Shown in pieces: positions 1 to 16,620 of a stretch of 64,000 nt of DNA (position 1 is the stretch's first letter; every line of letters starts with the position of its first letter). The translations under genes were made by a program, and so were the position numbers. The notes under the pieces are model-generated. The model worked only from the letters and a program-made list of their open reading frames with translations. It searched no databases and was not told the DNA's origin. The stretch is from Eledone cirrhosa (Eukaryota): NCBI GenBank assembly GCA_964016885.1, contig OZ024740.1, positions 378,820,001-378,884,000 on the forward strand. Reading direction: 5' to 3'.

Positions 1-69
1 ATTACATCGAGGTTGACCATACGGAATGACCAGTTCTATCCAGTGGTGAACCAACAAACTTAAATATAT

Positions 70-744
70 CGGAATGCTTTTCTATATGTTCCTCGGAAAA
101 TATATTTACTCCATTCCAGAAACTAATTAGTTGGAAGTGATATTTTAGTAAGTAAGTCAATTTTATAATTTTTTTTATAATTTTATAATTTTCTTATCTT
201 ACGTCTCTCATATTATTGTTCTGCAACCCCATGCATTGAACCACAATGTTACTAAGACAAAACCTATATATTTGCTAGCATTGATATGCATCTGTATGTA
301 TATAAATGTTACTAGATATAAATTCTTTATAATTATCTCCAATTCATTTGTCGAGCAATATTGGCCATGACTGCTGCTATAGTAGTAAGCAGGCCGCTGT
401 CTTATTAACAACTCGCTTTCCACTGATTGACCTCGATGTCACGTGATTGATTCTTTTTGAATTTGCCACAGACGTAGAGGCAGTGATTTTCTCAATGGCT
501 GGGATTTCAGTCCACGCTTCGCTATTTCCTTTCCACTGAATTATTTTTTAATAAGTTTCCAGAGTCCTCGCTATGCCTGGAAACTTACATGAAAAGAGAC
601 TTTCCTGACGACGGAATGCTTTTCTATATATTCTTCGGAAAATATATTTACTCCATTCCAGAAACTAATTAGTTGGAAGTGATATTTTAGTAAGTAAGTC
701 AATTTTATAATTTTTTTATAATTTTATAATTTTCTTATCTTACG

Positions 745-753
<9 letters not shown>
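70..753 (+). mobile_element. Non-coding pLTR/retrozyme-like unit with ~142-bp terminal direct repeat
   Basis: 70-212 repeats at 612-753 (offset 542); the repeat carries a hammerhead motif; the 3' end runs into (TA)n. Confidence 0.7.
599..680 (+). ncRNA. Type I hammerhead ribozyme motif (PLE-type, palindromic stem III)
   Basis: ACUUUC-CUGACGA-c GGAAUG..CAUUCC a-GAAA-CUAAUUAG-UU-GGAAGU; 6-bp stem I; C-A mismatch at the base of stem II. Confidence 0.7.
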
Positions 754-795
<42 letters not shown>

Positions 796-1149
796 GAGAG
801 AGAGTGAATAGGAAACGAAAAATCAGTGATGCATCTGAACTCAATTTATTGTGTTACAATTGTTTCGTCGGCGGACAGCTCGAGACGCGATCATTGTGTG
901 GATCTGTCTGATTCTGGACCCGCAGGTTCGACGGACACGTCTAATGATTTCGGAGCATATTCTCTCACTGGGGTATCTGAATATGCTCCGAAATCATGCT
1001 AGTTGATCGTTTGGTCATGTGGCAAGAGCTCCACGTGGAAGATGCACAATAGTCTGACTAAAAAAAAAAGAGACCGTAGAGTAGAAGAGATAAAAATAAT
1101 ACTCATGAAGAGAGATACCCTCAGAATCTAATCAATAACAACATTAAAA

Positions 1150-1790
1150 GACGATACACATTTATAAAATCAATATCTAAAACGGTCATACCATATATTT
1201 CAACTTTTAACCCAAAGAACACAGAAATCCATATATACACATTCAACTAAAACTACTTACCATAGGACAAAATAATAATAAAACCTTTTACGAATATAAC
1301 CAATTATAAAAAGTAAATGACAAGCTAAGTCGCTAAAAAAGATACTAGCAAACGCACCGCTGTAATCCGGAATTAATGAGCCTGAAGTGAAAAGATGCAA
1401 CCAACCTAACTGTGGGATGTGCAACTATCTATTAGAAGGTCACGAATTCCACTTCAAAGAAGGTCCAATTTTCAAAATAAAAAATGACCTCGGGCAACTC
1501 AGAAAATTTAATTTATATTATAGCATGTAAGAGTTACCATGGACACTGCATTGGCCAAACAGGAGTAACATACAGACAAAGAATGAGAGTTTACCGCCAG
1601 CAAATTAGAGATCCATATAAAGAAAGGGCTCTCTTAGTCAACATATAGAGTAATGCAGAGGGCGAACTTTACCTGATTTCAGTACCTTCCCATTCTACTA
1701 ATGTTACTAATCAACAACAGAGGAAAAGCGCACCGGCAAAGAAAATTCTTTTTATAGAAATATTTAGAGCAAAGTTGAACTCTGCACACA
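1150..1790 (+). pseudogene. Degraded Penelope-like (Neptune-type) C-terminal GIY-YIG fragment
   Basis: Frameshifted translation gives PYISTFNPKN, KSLKKILANA, KRCNQPNCGMC and NLIYIIACKS..CIGQTG; similar to 51870-52440. Confidence 0.75.
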
Positions 1791-2289
1791 TAATTTTTAA
1801 TACCTGGTCAGACCAGAGTTATGTCCCTTGTTTAAACAAAAACAATAGCGACAATAACATTACAAATGGAAACTTAGAAAATTAGACATAAAAACCTTTG
1901 AAAAGCTATGTAAGAGAAACCAGTTAAATACAAAGTACAATTCTTTTGATGTGAACATTGTTTTTCTCGGTGCATGTACATATAATAAATAAAAACATAT
2001 TAGGTATTTCTTTCAAATCTTTAGAATTATTTTTCCTATATATATATATATCGGGCTGTTTGTTTGTTTACAAACAAACAAACCGAACATTATAATAAAT
2101 GTTCGGTAAACCGATACGTGCATATATATATATATGTGTGCATGTATGTATATATATACATACTACTGTACGTCTGTATACATATATGTATGTACGTATA
2201 CATACATACTTACATTTAAGTAAGTGCCGTACTAAGAGTGAGAAATGAAATTCCGTTTGATTCTATTCCATATATATATATATATATAT

Positions 2290-2719
2290 GATAATAATGG
2301 AGCTGCGGCGCTGCAAATGGGTTACATATGAAAAAGTTTGTCCTCATCAGTGGCCTTCCAACCATCGTAGGCATTTCGTCGCATTAAAGGCCATATACCT
2401 CAGGTTGGTGCGAGCAACGGCTAAAAAAAGTCGTTGGGACACGTAAATAAGGGGGACGCTAGGGTAAACAAACAAAATGGTTTAAGCAACAGAAAGTGAT
2501 TAAGAAGAAAGAAACAAGTCCCAGATTTCTATGAATATAAATTCGGTGGAATCGTGAACGAGAGAATAAAGACCATCAAACCTGGTGGAAATGTGAGCAA
2601 GGAAGGAATTTCGCACAGGTCTAACGGGAGGAAGAGGGGTCTGGTCTGCGAATTCGGTAAACATAAGTTCTGTGAAGTCGCAGACGAGAGAGAGAATAGA
2701 GAGAGAGAGAGAGAGAGAA

Positions 2720-2786
<67 letters not shown>

Positions 2787-2850
2787 GAAGTTGGAAATAG
2801 CACGGGAGATATGTTTAAGGGTCTGTTTTTCTTTTTTGATTCGTCAAAGT
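2290..2850 (-). mobile_element. Non-coding repeat related to the 57510-58165 element
   Basis: About 2312-2440 aligns with about 57538-57670; (GA)n-rich body; abuts (TA)n. Confidence 0.6.
2343..2408 (-). ncRNA. Candidate permuted (pseudoknotted) hammerhead-like ribozyme with K-turn, variant A
   Basis: CCAACC-UGA-GGUAU-A-UGGCCUU-UAAUGCGAC-GAA-AUGCC-UAC-GAU-GGUUGG-AAGGCCA-CUGAUGA-G; covaries with variant B. Confidence 0.65.
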
Positions 2851-2860
2851 GACATTATTG

Positions 2861-3040
2861 TTGGCAGTATCGGTAGAGGGTCGGACGCCATGCTTTCCAG
2901 CATAGTTACGTCCCTTTACGATCTGAGTTCAAATCCCGCCGAGGTTGACTTTGCCTTTCATCCTTACGGGGTCGATAAAATAAAGTACCAGTAATGCACT
3001 GGGTAATTGCTGGCCTTGTGCCTAAAGTAGAAACAATTAT
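2861..3040 (+). mobile_element. tRNA-derived SINE with Nin-like central domain
   Basis: A box TGGCAGTATCGG, B box GAGTTCAAATC, core GCCTTTCATCCTTACGGGGTCGATAAA; many copies in the window. Confidence 0.85.
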
Positions 3041-3102
3041 TGAAAAGATAGTGTTATTAAAAAGATAATGTTATTAAAAAAGTTGTTTTGTTGGCGTGAG
3101 AA

Positions 3103-3902
3103 ATGTGCTGTGACTGTTTTGTTTAATCTAGTGGTCAATAGTTCAAAAGGGGGTAGGGGGTTGTAGGAGCTGACTTCTTTAATTTTTAAATTTTTGGATT
3201 CTGCGAATCCTTTGGATTTCAGCTCCTAACTTTTGCCAATTTTCTGAATTTTGGAGAGAGAAGAATTTTTTCTTTGTTCCCCTCTACAAAAGTAACTTTA
3301 ACAGACAAACTGTAAAAACACACACACACAATTTTCGGAATTTTCTAGAAAAATATGTTACTTAATTCCCTCTGTGTATATATTTATTTATTTACTCATT
3401 CATTTATATATACACGCACTGTGTCTCGTTTTTGAAAAGATCTTTTAAAAATTTCTTCTAAAGAATGATCTTTTGGAGAGAAAGATTTATTGAAGTTTCT
3501 TTTGAAAGGTATATTTTGAAGTTTTTTGGAAGAGTTCTCTTGATTCTCTTGATTCTCTTATCTTCTTTAATTTTTAAATTTTTGGATTCTGGCAATCCTT
3601 TGGATTTCAGCTCTTAACTTTTGCCTATTTTCTGAATTTTGGAGAGAAAATAAATTTTTCTTAATTCCCCTCTCCAAAAGTAACTTTAACAGACTATAAA
3701 AACACACACACACACAACAACCCCACAGATATATGCATACATATACGCACACACTCACACTCTCTCTATACATGTGTGCGTGTGTGTGTGTGGGGGGGGG
3801 GGTATGTACACATCCCAACCTACCACAGTAGTCAGCTCCTACAACCCTCTATCCCATTTTGAACTATTGACCACTAGATTAAACAAAACAGTCACAGCAC
3901 AT
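3103..3902. repeat. Mixed inverted and direct duplication (PLE-like rearrangement)
   Basis: 3103-3174 is the reverse complement of about 3830-3902; 3175-3330 is a direct repeat of about 3564-3720. Confidence 0.65.
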
Positions 3903-5150
3903 TTCCAACTTATTCTCATTCAATATTCTTCAGAATTAGATCATCTTATCTTTGATTAAATTTTGACTTTCAGAGAGGGTCTCCTCTGTTAAGATGGAAA
4001 ATCTATATTCACTACGTTTCTTTTACATTTTCTTGTATCTGCTATACCATATTTTTCACTCTTTTCTGTTCTTTCAGCATTGCATTGTTTTCTTCCATTT
4101 CTTTATCATTTTCTGTATCTTTTTTTCGTCTTGTATTATTCATGTTGTTCTTTTTCGTCAATAGTGGTTAGGTATTTCATAGTGACATTTCATTCTGCAT
4201 TGCTTCTGTCTACGTAATTGTTATGAATAGACACCAAATTTATCTAGGAAACTTTACTACTCAACAAGAACACTCTACTAACTTCCTCTGCCAGCCCTGT
4301 GACAGAGTTAAGCATTCGACCAATATAGTAGATATATTTACTAAAATAAAATACTCATTTTATACTGGTGGCAATCACAGCTTCAGTTTATACTGGAGTT
4401 AACACCAGTTTTATAATGGAGTTAAGTACTGACATTACGTACACCACATTCAAGAACTAACCCTATACTGAAAAAACAAACAAAAAAAACTGCTGACCAA
4501 ATTTAAAATCAAGCGTTGATCTACAAGTGATACATTGGAACCAGAAATCCTCTATATACCAACATTAACTCCATATCGTATACTAGAATCAAGAATTGGC
4601 CCTATTTTGGATTCAAGGACCAGCCTTGAATGTGTTAAGCAGCTCTAGTACGTTAATAAAGTAGAAAAAACATCACTATTAACCTCAGTTACACCCTGGC
4701 TTACAATGCTTATTATTGTTCTCTTCGGTTGAAATCATCTTTTGATTTGATTTTATCTTTCATTCCTCCGGGGATCTTGGGATATTTTTCTATCTATATA
4801 GTTTAATATATTCAAGTAAGAATCCGACGAACTAAACTACTTTCATACAAAATCTGATCTGCAAATGGTGAAGGAAGCCTTTTACTGTTTATTAAAGTGG
4901 CAAATAGTAAAAAATGTTGAGCGCTTGACTAAACACATTACCGTACTTAATCTCATTGCACTGAGCTTAGAATTTAAATATTTCCACGATTGATGTGTGT
5001 GCTGTTTTTTCATTCTCTAGTGCTTCTTCGTTTGTTGCTTTTTCACCGGCAACTTGTCTCTTCTTCTTCTTCTTCTTCTTCTTCTTCTTCTTCTTCTTCT
5101 TCTTCTTCTTTATAATTTTATCAGTCCTATAATTCATATATTTTATAATT

Positions 5151-5182
5151 TCTATATAAAATTTATATATATAAAAGCGAGG

Positions 5183-5277
<95 letters not shown>

Positions 5278-5734
5278 TGTGGACAACTTTGGACAGTTAA
5301 GGCTTTTACAATTCCCAACCGAATTTGACAAATTTTCTGTGCACGTTGCACCTGTCGCTAAGACGGTCACATCAAAATTTTCAAATCGACCCACGTTGAG
5401 CAATAAAAAACGATAGCAAAATCTTTTTTCTTAAGTGCATGATGTAAGGTAGAACTCAATCAAAACAAAATCCTTATGGGACTTTCCATTCAAACTGTTG
5501 GGACCTACAACTTTTCAGCTGTAGCTTGCACATTTTTTTGTCACTCGCGACAACATTGTAGGTGTTTATTCTCTGCATTACATGGCTCTTAAGCGGGCAT
5601 CGATTTTCTTCTAAGTCACATGCCTGTGTCAGCAAACCCATAAAAACTTATGGAAATTTCCATTCAATTTACTTCCTAGCTGTATATTCTTAGCATAATT
5701 TCAAATCCCAGGCAACGCCGGGTAAATCTGCTAG
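5151..5734 (+). mobile_element. Non-autonomous Helitron-like element with internal (GT)n
   Basis: 5' TCTATATAAA; subterminal hairpin CCCAGGCAACGCCGGG; 3' CTAG followed by T. Confidence 0.65.
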
Positions 5735-5951
5735 TTAGCAATAAAAATACTTTCCAAATCAGTGAGCAAAACTGTGTAGTTTAAAATAAGCCGTGATAGT
5801 GTTGCTAGGGTTAGGAGTAGAGACGTATAGGAGACCGTAGTATGACATATACTTATATACATGCATACAAGCATTCATACGTGTATGTATGTATGTATGT
5901 ATGTATGTATGTATGTATGTATGTATGTATGTATGTATGTATGTATGTATG

Positions 5952-6505
5952 TGTCAGGTCGCTCTTCAGCGCTACTGGTAACATGTAACCCAGTACAACC
6001 TGTGCATGGTTGGGTCGTCTGCGACTAAACCGGCAATCCCCCAAAGCTTACAAGGTAAGGGTGATATTGGACACCCTGCTAGATGAAAAGCACAGCCCGT
6101 CAAAGGACGGGGAATTCAGGAGAATCAACTGCCATCCAATAACATTTTTATTTATTTATTTATTTATCTGTTTATTTATTTTGGAACGAGAGACTCCTAT
6201 TCTTCATTAAGACATCTCTCTAGGAGGAGGTCACTCTCATATAAAATCTGCAACTTCCTTTACATCCAATGATGTTGACCAGTTCTACGTTATTGTAAAT
6301 GCATTCGATGTTCAAAGAGTGGGATTGGCCCCGTGCAAAGCATTTCCTCACTTAAAAAAGCATCAAGAACAGTCATCGCTTGATATGTGACACGTTTTGC
6401 GATGCATTGCATCACTGGCCATAGGCAAGTCCCCAGCAGGACTAAAAAGCCACGTCCGTTAAGTATCAAGCGATATTACTCGAAATCAAGTTGCAGCCAT
6501 CAAGC
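5952..6505 (+). mobile_element. Degraded RTE-like LINE remnant
   Basis: KSPAGLKSHVR and a 3' ACTCGAAATCAAGTTGCAGCCA tail resemble the RTE 3' end at 32520-32655; starts after (TATG)n. Confidence 0.45.
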
Positions 6506-6535
6506 ATACACACACACACACACACACACGCACAC

Positions 6536-10697
<4,162 letters not shown>

Positions 10698-10739
10698 GTA
10701 TGTGTATATATATGTATATATATGTATATATATAGAATA

Positions 10740-11900
10740 TTTTAGTATCGTGAGAGAGTAGAGGTTTAAAGGGATAGGCGATACATATAGTTAGTTGCCA
10801 AAAGCTGGTGCATTTGTGCTCAATACTTGTGCCTACAGGGTTAAATATCGGAATCGTTAATATTTAGCGGGCGAGAATATAAGCAGAGCGTTTACAAATG
10901 AAAAGATTACAAAGGAGAATACATACTGTTAGAACATGTTTATACAAAAGCACCTACGTACGTTTCGCCAGAAAAGGGCTTCTCAAGGGCATACAAATCT
11001 AGAGAGTGTTCAGTACATAACCCAGAAGGGGTTTTGAGATGATAATCACATCGAAGTTCATTTTTTATTCAAACAGACATGGTTGTTATTGTCACAGAGC
11101 AAGGGGAGTAACTCTGGCTGGTGTTTGAATAAATGTCCCCAAGTGGCTTATCATCCGTTCACATGATGGTTGTTTTCCACTATTATTTTATGGGTGCCAC
11201 TTTACTACTGCCTAGTCGGGCCGGATCTGAGAGGCATAGTTGGTGTACAGATGTTTAGTTATGCAACCTGCCCGCCGGTGGTTTGGTGCAGGGGGACCTA
11301 GTTTATGGTGTTCAGGTCTCAACTGAGATCCAGCCATAGAATGACTGCTGTATTCTGTGTCTGCATTTTATCACAGATTCTGCTCTGCTGTTGATGAGCT
11401 CTAGGAGTGCTCTTACGATATGGTAAAGTTCCATGAGGCAAAGCTGGCACTTGCTCTTGAAGTTGTACGGTGTTGCCATGCTGACAATTTCCCAGTATGT
11501 GGAGAAGCTTTCAGTGTTGTGATGTAGTTGGCGAGTGATGTGGAGTATCTTAGCTTATTGTTTCTAAATGAGTGGAGATGCGTTCGAAATCTAGTTTTGA
11601 ACGAGCCAGAGGTGGGCCCTATATAATGCTTGACGCTATTATGGCTAGTTACGGCGCGCCATAAGATATAATAGTACTAACTACGGAGATAGTGGCGGCG
11701 GCGTGGATAACGTTTCCCTAGAGCTCATCAACAGCAGAGCAGAATCTGTGATAAACTGCAGACACAGAATACAGCAGTCATTCTATGGTTGGACCCCAGT
11801 TGATCGGTTGAGACCTAAACACCATAAACTGGGTCCCCCTGCACCAAACCATAACGCGCCGGCGGGCAGGTTGCATAACTAAACATCTGTACACCAACTA
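10740..11900 (-). mobile_element. 3' fragment of a PLE (tentatively Hydra-clade endonuclease) with inverted duplication
   Basis: Minus strand reads KHYIGPTSGSFKTRFRTHLHSFR...YWEIVSMATPYNFKSKCQLCLME...INSRAESVIKCRH; 11717-11900 is the reverse complement of about 11236-11405. Confidence 0.75.
10950..10990 (-). ncRNA. Minimal type I hammerhead, U3-A8 core variant
   Basis: GCCC-UUGAGAA-GCC cuuuucu GGC-GAAA-CGUACG-UA-GGUGC. Confidence 0.7.
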
Positions 11901-11991
11901 TGTATATATATATATGTATATACATATATATGTATATATATGTATATATATATATATATATGTATATACATATGTATATATATGTGTGTGT

Positions 11992-12243
11992 GTGAAGGCG
12001 CATAGTTTAGGCTTGCAATCGAAAGGTTGTGAGTTCAATTCTCGGACCGGGTGATGTGTTGTTTCCTTGAGCAAGACACTTTATTTCACGTTGCTCCAGT
12101 TTACTCAGCTGTAGAAATGAGTACCGGCCTGCCCGCCCAGCCAGTGGGATGGCGTTATCTTATGGCTAAAACAGCACGACGTGCTGTGACCAGCGGCGGC
12201 GATTGGCGCCCGACAGACTGGTCGGTCAAGGTGATCAAGGTGA
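11992..12243 (+). mobile_element. tRNA-derived SINE, second family (CCTTGAGCAAGACACT central domain)
   Basis: B box GAGTTCAATTC; central domain shared with 34310-34647. Confidence 0.7.
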
Positions 12244-12269
12244 TATATATGTGTATATATACATATGTA

Positions 12270-12326
<57 letters not shown>

Positions 12327-12329
<3 letters not shown>

Positions 12330-12577
12330 AACGGTCAAACATACAGATTCAATATAGACACAAACACATATATATAGTCTAACAAAGTTCTTTCGTTGCA
12401 CATCTGCAACATCGTCAATAAATAAACAGACTAAATAAAGATGGCGTAAGCATACAATACAACGGGAGGAAACATAATAGCACCACTGACGATGTTGCAG
12501 ATGTGCAACGAAAGAACTTTGTTAGACTATATATATGTGTTTGTGTCTATATTGTATCTGTATTTTTGACCGTTGGT
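12327..12577. repeat. Fold-back inverted repeat with degenerate hammerhead core
   Basis: 12327-12418 pairs with 12487-12577; CUGACGA-uGUUGC..GCAAC-GAAA at 12486-12513. Confidence 0.75.
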
Positions 12578-12787
12578 CAGTCAATGGTAACATTGAGGAT
12601 CGAATAAATTAAATTAACCGATATAAAAGACACAGAAGCGAAAACCAACCAAACAGTGAGTGTGTTCTGTTATTAATTCTGGCAATATTACACAAATATG
12701 ACCCTCCCCAAGTATAACAATATTCGTTTCGACACACGATTTCATGATAAAAAATCTCGCAAAACTAATTCATCGCCGTTATATATG

Positions 12788-12840
<53 letters not shown>

Positions 12841-13074
12841 GTATATATGTATATATATATGTATATATATATGTATATACATATGTATATACATATGTAT
12901 ATACATATGTATATATGTGTATAAATATATATATATATGTGTATATATATATATGTATATATATATGTATATACATATGTATATACATATGTATATATGT
13001 GTATAAATATATATATATATGTGTATATATATATATATGTATATATATATGTATATACATATGTATATACATAT

Positions 13075-14154
13075 AGTGAAGAGTTTAGCGTAAAAGTCGG
13101 CGTCCATCAGGGCTCTGTTCTCAGTCCACTACTATTTATTATTGCCCTTCAGGCCATAACAGAGGAGTTCAAGACAGGCTGCCCATGGGAACTCCTATAC
13201 GCAGACGACCTGACACTCATAGCGGAATCAATGGCCGAGCTAGAGAAGAAATTCCAAACATGGAAGCACGGCCTAGAGTCAAAAGGACTTAAAATTAACC
13301 TGGCTAAGACCAAAGTACTAGTTTGTAGGAAAGAAAACAAGGCGGCGGTCCCTTCTGGGAAATGGTCGTGCTCGGTGTGTAGGAAAGGCGTAGGTAGAAA
13401 CTCCATTTTATGTCCTAAATGCAAAGTATGGGTGCATAAAAGATGTAGTGGGATCACAGGTAGGCTAACTAAGAACATAGATTTTACATGTGGCCGGTGC
13501 TCTGGTGCAATAAGTAGCAGCAAGTGCCCACAAACTACTAGCTCTTTCAATTGCGCAGAGGGTTCTATAGAAATAGTGGACAGCTTCCGTTACCTGGGCG
13601 ATAAAATCAGCAGTGGGGGAGGGTGCTCTGAAAGTACTGTAGCTAGAGTCAGAACTGGTTGGAAAAAGTTCAGAGAGCTTATACCACTATTAGCTGCTAA
13701 AGGGTTCTCACTAAAAATGAAAGGCAGGTTGTACGATGCCTGCATACGAACAGCAATGCTGCATGGCAGTGAGACCTGGGCATTGTGTGCAGAGGATATA
13801 CGCAGACTAGAGAGGAACGAAGCTTGCATGCTCCGCTGGATGTGTAACAGTAATATACGTGAACGGCAAAGCATAAACGAACTAAGGAATAAATTAGAGA
13901 TAAGAGGGATCAGATGTTGTTTACTCGAGAGAAGGCTACGTTGGTATGGACACGTGATGCGCATGAAAGTCGATAGCTGTATAACAAAGTGCAGGGCAAT
14001 AAAGATAGACGGTAGTCACGGAATAGGCAGACCTAGAAAAACCTGGGACGAGCTGATAAACTCCGACATCACACACTTACACCTCTCCAAGACAATGTCA
14101 CTGGACCGAGACCTTTGGCGGTACTCAGTAACAGAGAAGACCCGCCTTACCTAA
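13075..14154 (+). pseudogene. RTE RT C-terminal half with PHD-like zinc finger insertion
   Basis: [56 protein letters not shown]. The ORF-track N-terminus is microsatellite read-through. Confidence 0.9.
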
Positions 14155-14547
14155 ATATATAGTAAAACCTACTCCAGCCAGTAGGCATCTCTAACAAATA
14201 CACCCCGTCCCACCACCCCCACCCGATCCACACCACCCCGTTCTATGTAAAGTTATGTTGGTGCCGCGCCATCGAGGCCGAAACAAATGAGATCGTGTAG
14301 GTGTCACGACAAAAAAACACACAGTCCACGCTGTAATGTGGCCGTGTAGGCAACACGGTAAAAACCTCCCAGACCCACACTGTAAATGTGGTTGGTGTTA
14401 GGAAGGGCATCCAACTGTAGAAAACCTGCCAGACAGTCCTATGCGAGCAAGACAATCACTCTTGCCTCAAGTGGGACTACCCCCGTCCAAACCCATGCAA
14501 GCGTGGAACACGGACGTTAAACGCTGATGATGATGATGATGATGATG
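13075..14547 (+). mobile_element. 5'-truncated RTE-clade LINE with (GAT)n tail
   Basis: RT motifs; 3' CCCATGCAAGCGTGGAACACGGACGTTAAACG then (GAT)n; the 5' break is in a (TA)-rich array. Confidence 0.9.
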
Positions 14548-15138
14548 ATATACATATGTATATATGTGTATAAATATATATATATGTGTGTGTGTATATA
14601 TATATGTGTGTGTATATATATATATATGTATATATATATACACACACATATATATATACACATTCACTCGAATTGTTTTCGCGGATATAGGGGTCATCTC
14701 CCTTGTCTAATGCCATGTGCGTTTTTCACCGCTAGTTGACTCCTTTGCCGCCAGGATAAAACTCGTTGACAACGTAAACTCCGTTCCACTTATTCTAGTA
14801 GGCTTTTATATTTATATGTGAGCTGATAGAGTACTGTCTAAGGATTTACAGAAACCCATGAAGCTAGATTTAACACCTTTCTAGTGGGTCCGGGTATGAT
14901 TTTACATTCATTTAAATTATTGACGTATTGTTTTATTGATATTTTTTATCTGTTTGGCCCGAATCTTCCTTTATCGATTTTAAATCGTATGGTTGATTGT
15001 AGACTTGTTCTATATGTGACGGTATTTTAACGATAGTTATAGCTCTGATTCATCTGAATTATTGAGCCCTCTGCCGCTCATATCGAATTTCGTTTTTCGT
15101 GAACTCGTGCGCCGATTTTTCGATACTCGATCTTTCTA

Positions 15139-15200
<62 letters not shown>

Positions 15201-15211
15201 CGAAACATTAA

Positions 15212-15272
<61 letters not shown>

Positions 15273-16620
15273 CATATAATATAAATATAGACTAAAATAA
15301 ATTATTTCAGTGATATTACACCTTAAAAGTCAATACAATTACAGGTTAAAAACTATATTATGTAGAGCTTATTTATACAATTCATATTTAGCTGTAATTA
15401 TCTAACTTTGATTTTCATCTTATGGAAGTCGATGAAAAATATCAGTGTAGTCTTGAAGTTGATTCTTTCTCCATATCTCTTTCTAACGTCCCCTCTATAA
15501 CTCCCTCTTCCTTCCCTTCTCTGAAAGAAATCGGTTGTTGAGACCTAGAGTGAAGAGAGGTTCCGTTAGTTTTAAGATACCCAAGACACGCTGATAAAAT
15601 ACGTGCATACGAGTAATCTTGTGCATATTCAGGTTCTAAGCTTTGGCAATGTTGGAATATAGTATTATGAGATTTAAAACTCCTTTAGATCTCATTAGTT
15701 AAAATCTCTCACAATAGGTTATCGATTTTATTTTTGGTTTTGCTTTGTAAAGTTTCAGTTTTATCGAACTCAGTGTTTCAATACATTTTAGCTTTTAATT
15801 CCCACAGTTCTTGTTTATGACTTTTATATACAAATATTTATTATTGGCAAACATTTCCAACTTATGGAGCTTTTATGTATTTTTTTTGCATATAATATTA
15901 AATGTATTGAAGCGATTTACTATTAAATATTCATAAATTAGATTGTTTTCTAAATTACAAACATAAGGTTAAAAATAATTGTAACGATGAAATGTTAAAA
16001 TTGATAATGGAAACCGGTTTTGAAATATATCGCACTTTTTACCAATAAAAATAGAATAAAGTTTTGTTGTATTTATTCCGTCTCTTTGCACTCCAAAACT
16101 TGCCGTGGTCAACTTTGCCTGTCATCCTTCCGAGGCCGATAAAATAAGTACCAGTTCAGTAGTGGGGTCGATTCTTTTTCAATATAATTTTCACAATCAT
16201 TTTTTATCCTTGAGTTCAAATCCCGCCGAAGTGAGCTTCATTTTCACCCTTTCGAGGTCTATAAAAAATTACAAGTCTAGTACTGGGATCTATTCTTCCT
16301 ATTTATATATTTCTCATTTCCTCTCTATAACTCCCATTGGAAGAAATCGGCTGTTCACACTTGGATAGAGATGGGCTCCGCCGAGTCTAAGATGCCCATA
16401 ACACGCTGTATGTCACTAGGGCGTCCCTACGACTCCACCAGGAGTTACTAGTTCATATATACATAGTACGATTAGTTTCTCTTGGTAGATGAATGTTGGA
16501 GATAGGAGGCCTATAACTTTAGTTGATTATATGCCTTTTACTCGCGACATATTCTCTCTCTCTATACATATTTCTCTTTGTAGATGTGTATATTTATGTG
16601 TATATTTATAAGCTTGTATG

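Noticed and set aside
850-1000. Minus-strand GAAACAAUUGUA and a 19-bp inverted repeat
   Set aside because: No matching CUGANGA half; only a truncated pLTR remnant.
2861-2945. tRNA gene
   Set aside because: The A and B boxes belong to the SINE head; no cloverleaf.
5955-6045. Possible HDV-like ribozyme at the 5' end of the RTE-like remnant (GG-GUCG ucug CGA-C-UAA-ACCGG)
   Set aside because: A P4/J4-2-like segment is present, but I could not build a convincing P1, P3 or L3.
12698-13074. ORFs rich in YI/CV/HT repeats here and at 5054-5416, 33993-34387, 47254-48595 and 56152-56716
   Set aside because: They are translations of (TA)n, (CA)n and (TATG)n microsatellites, not proteins.
14818-14866. 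CUGAUAGA...GAAACCCAUG hammerhead-like string, and a similar one at 55358-55400
   Set aside because: Core spacing and the UH site are broken; too degenerate to call.
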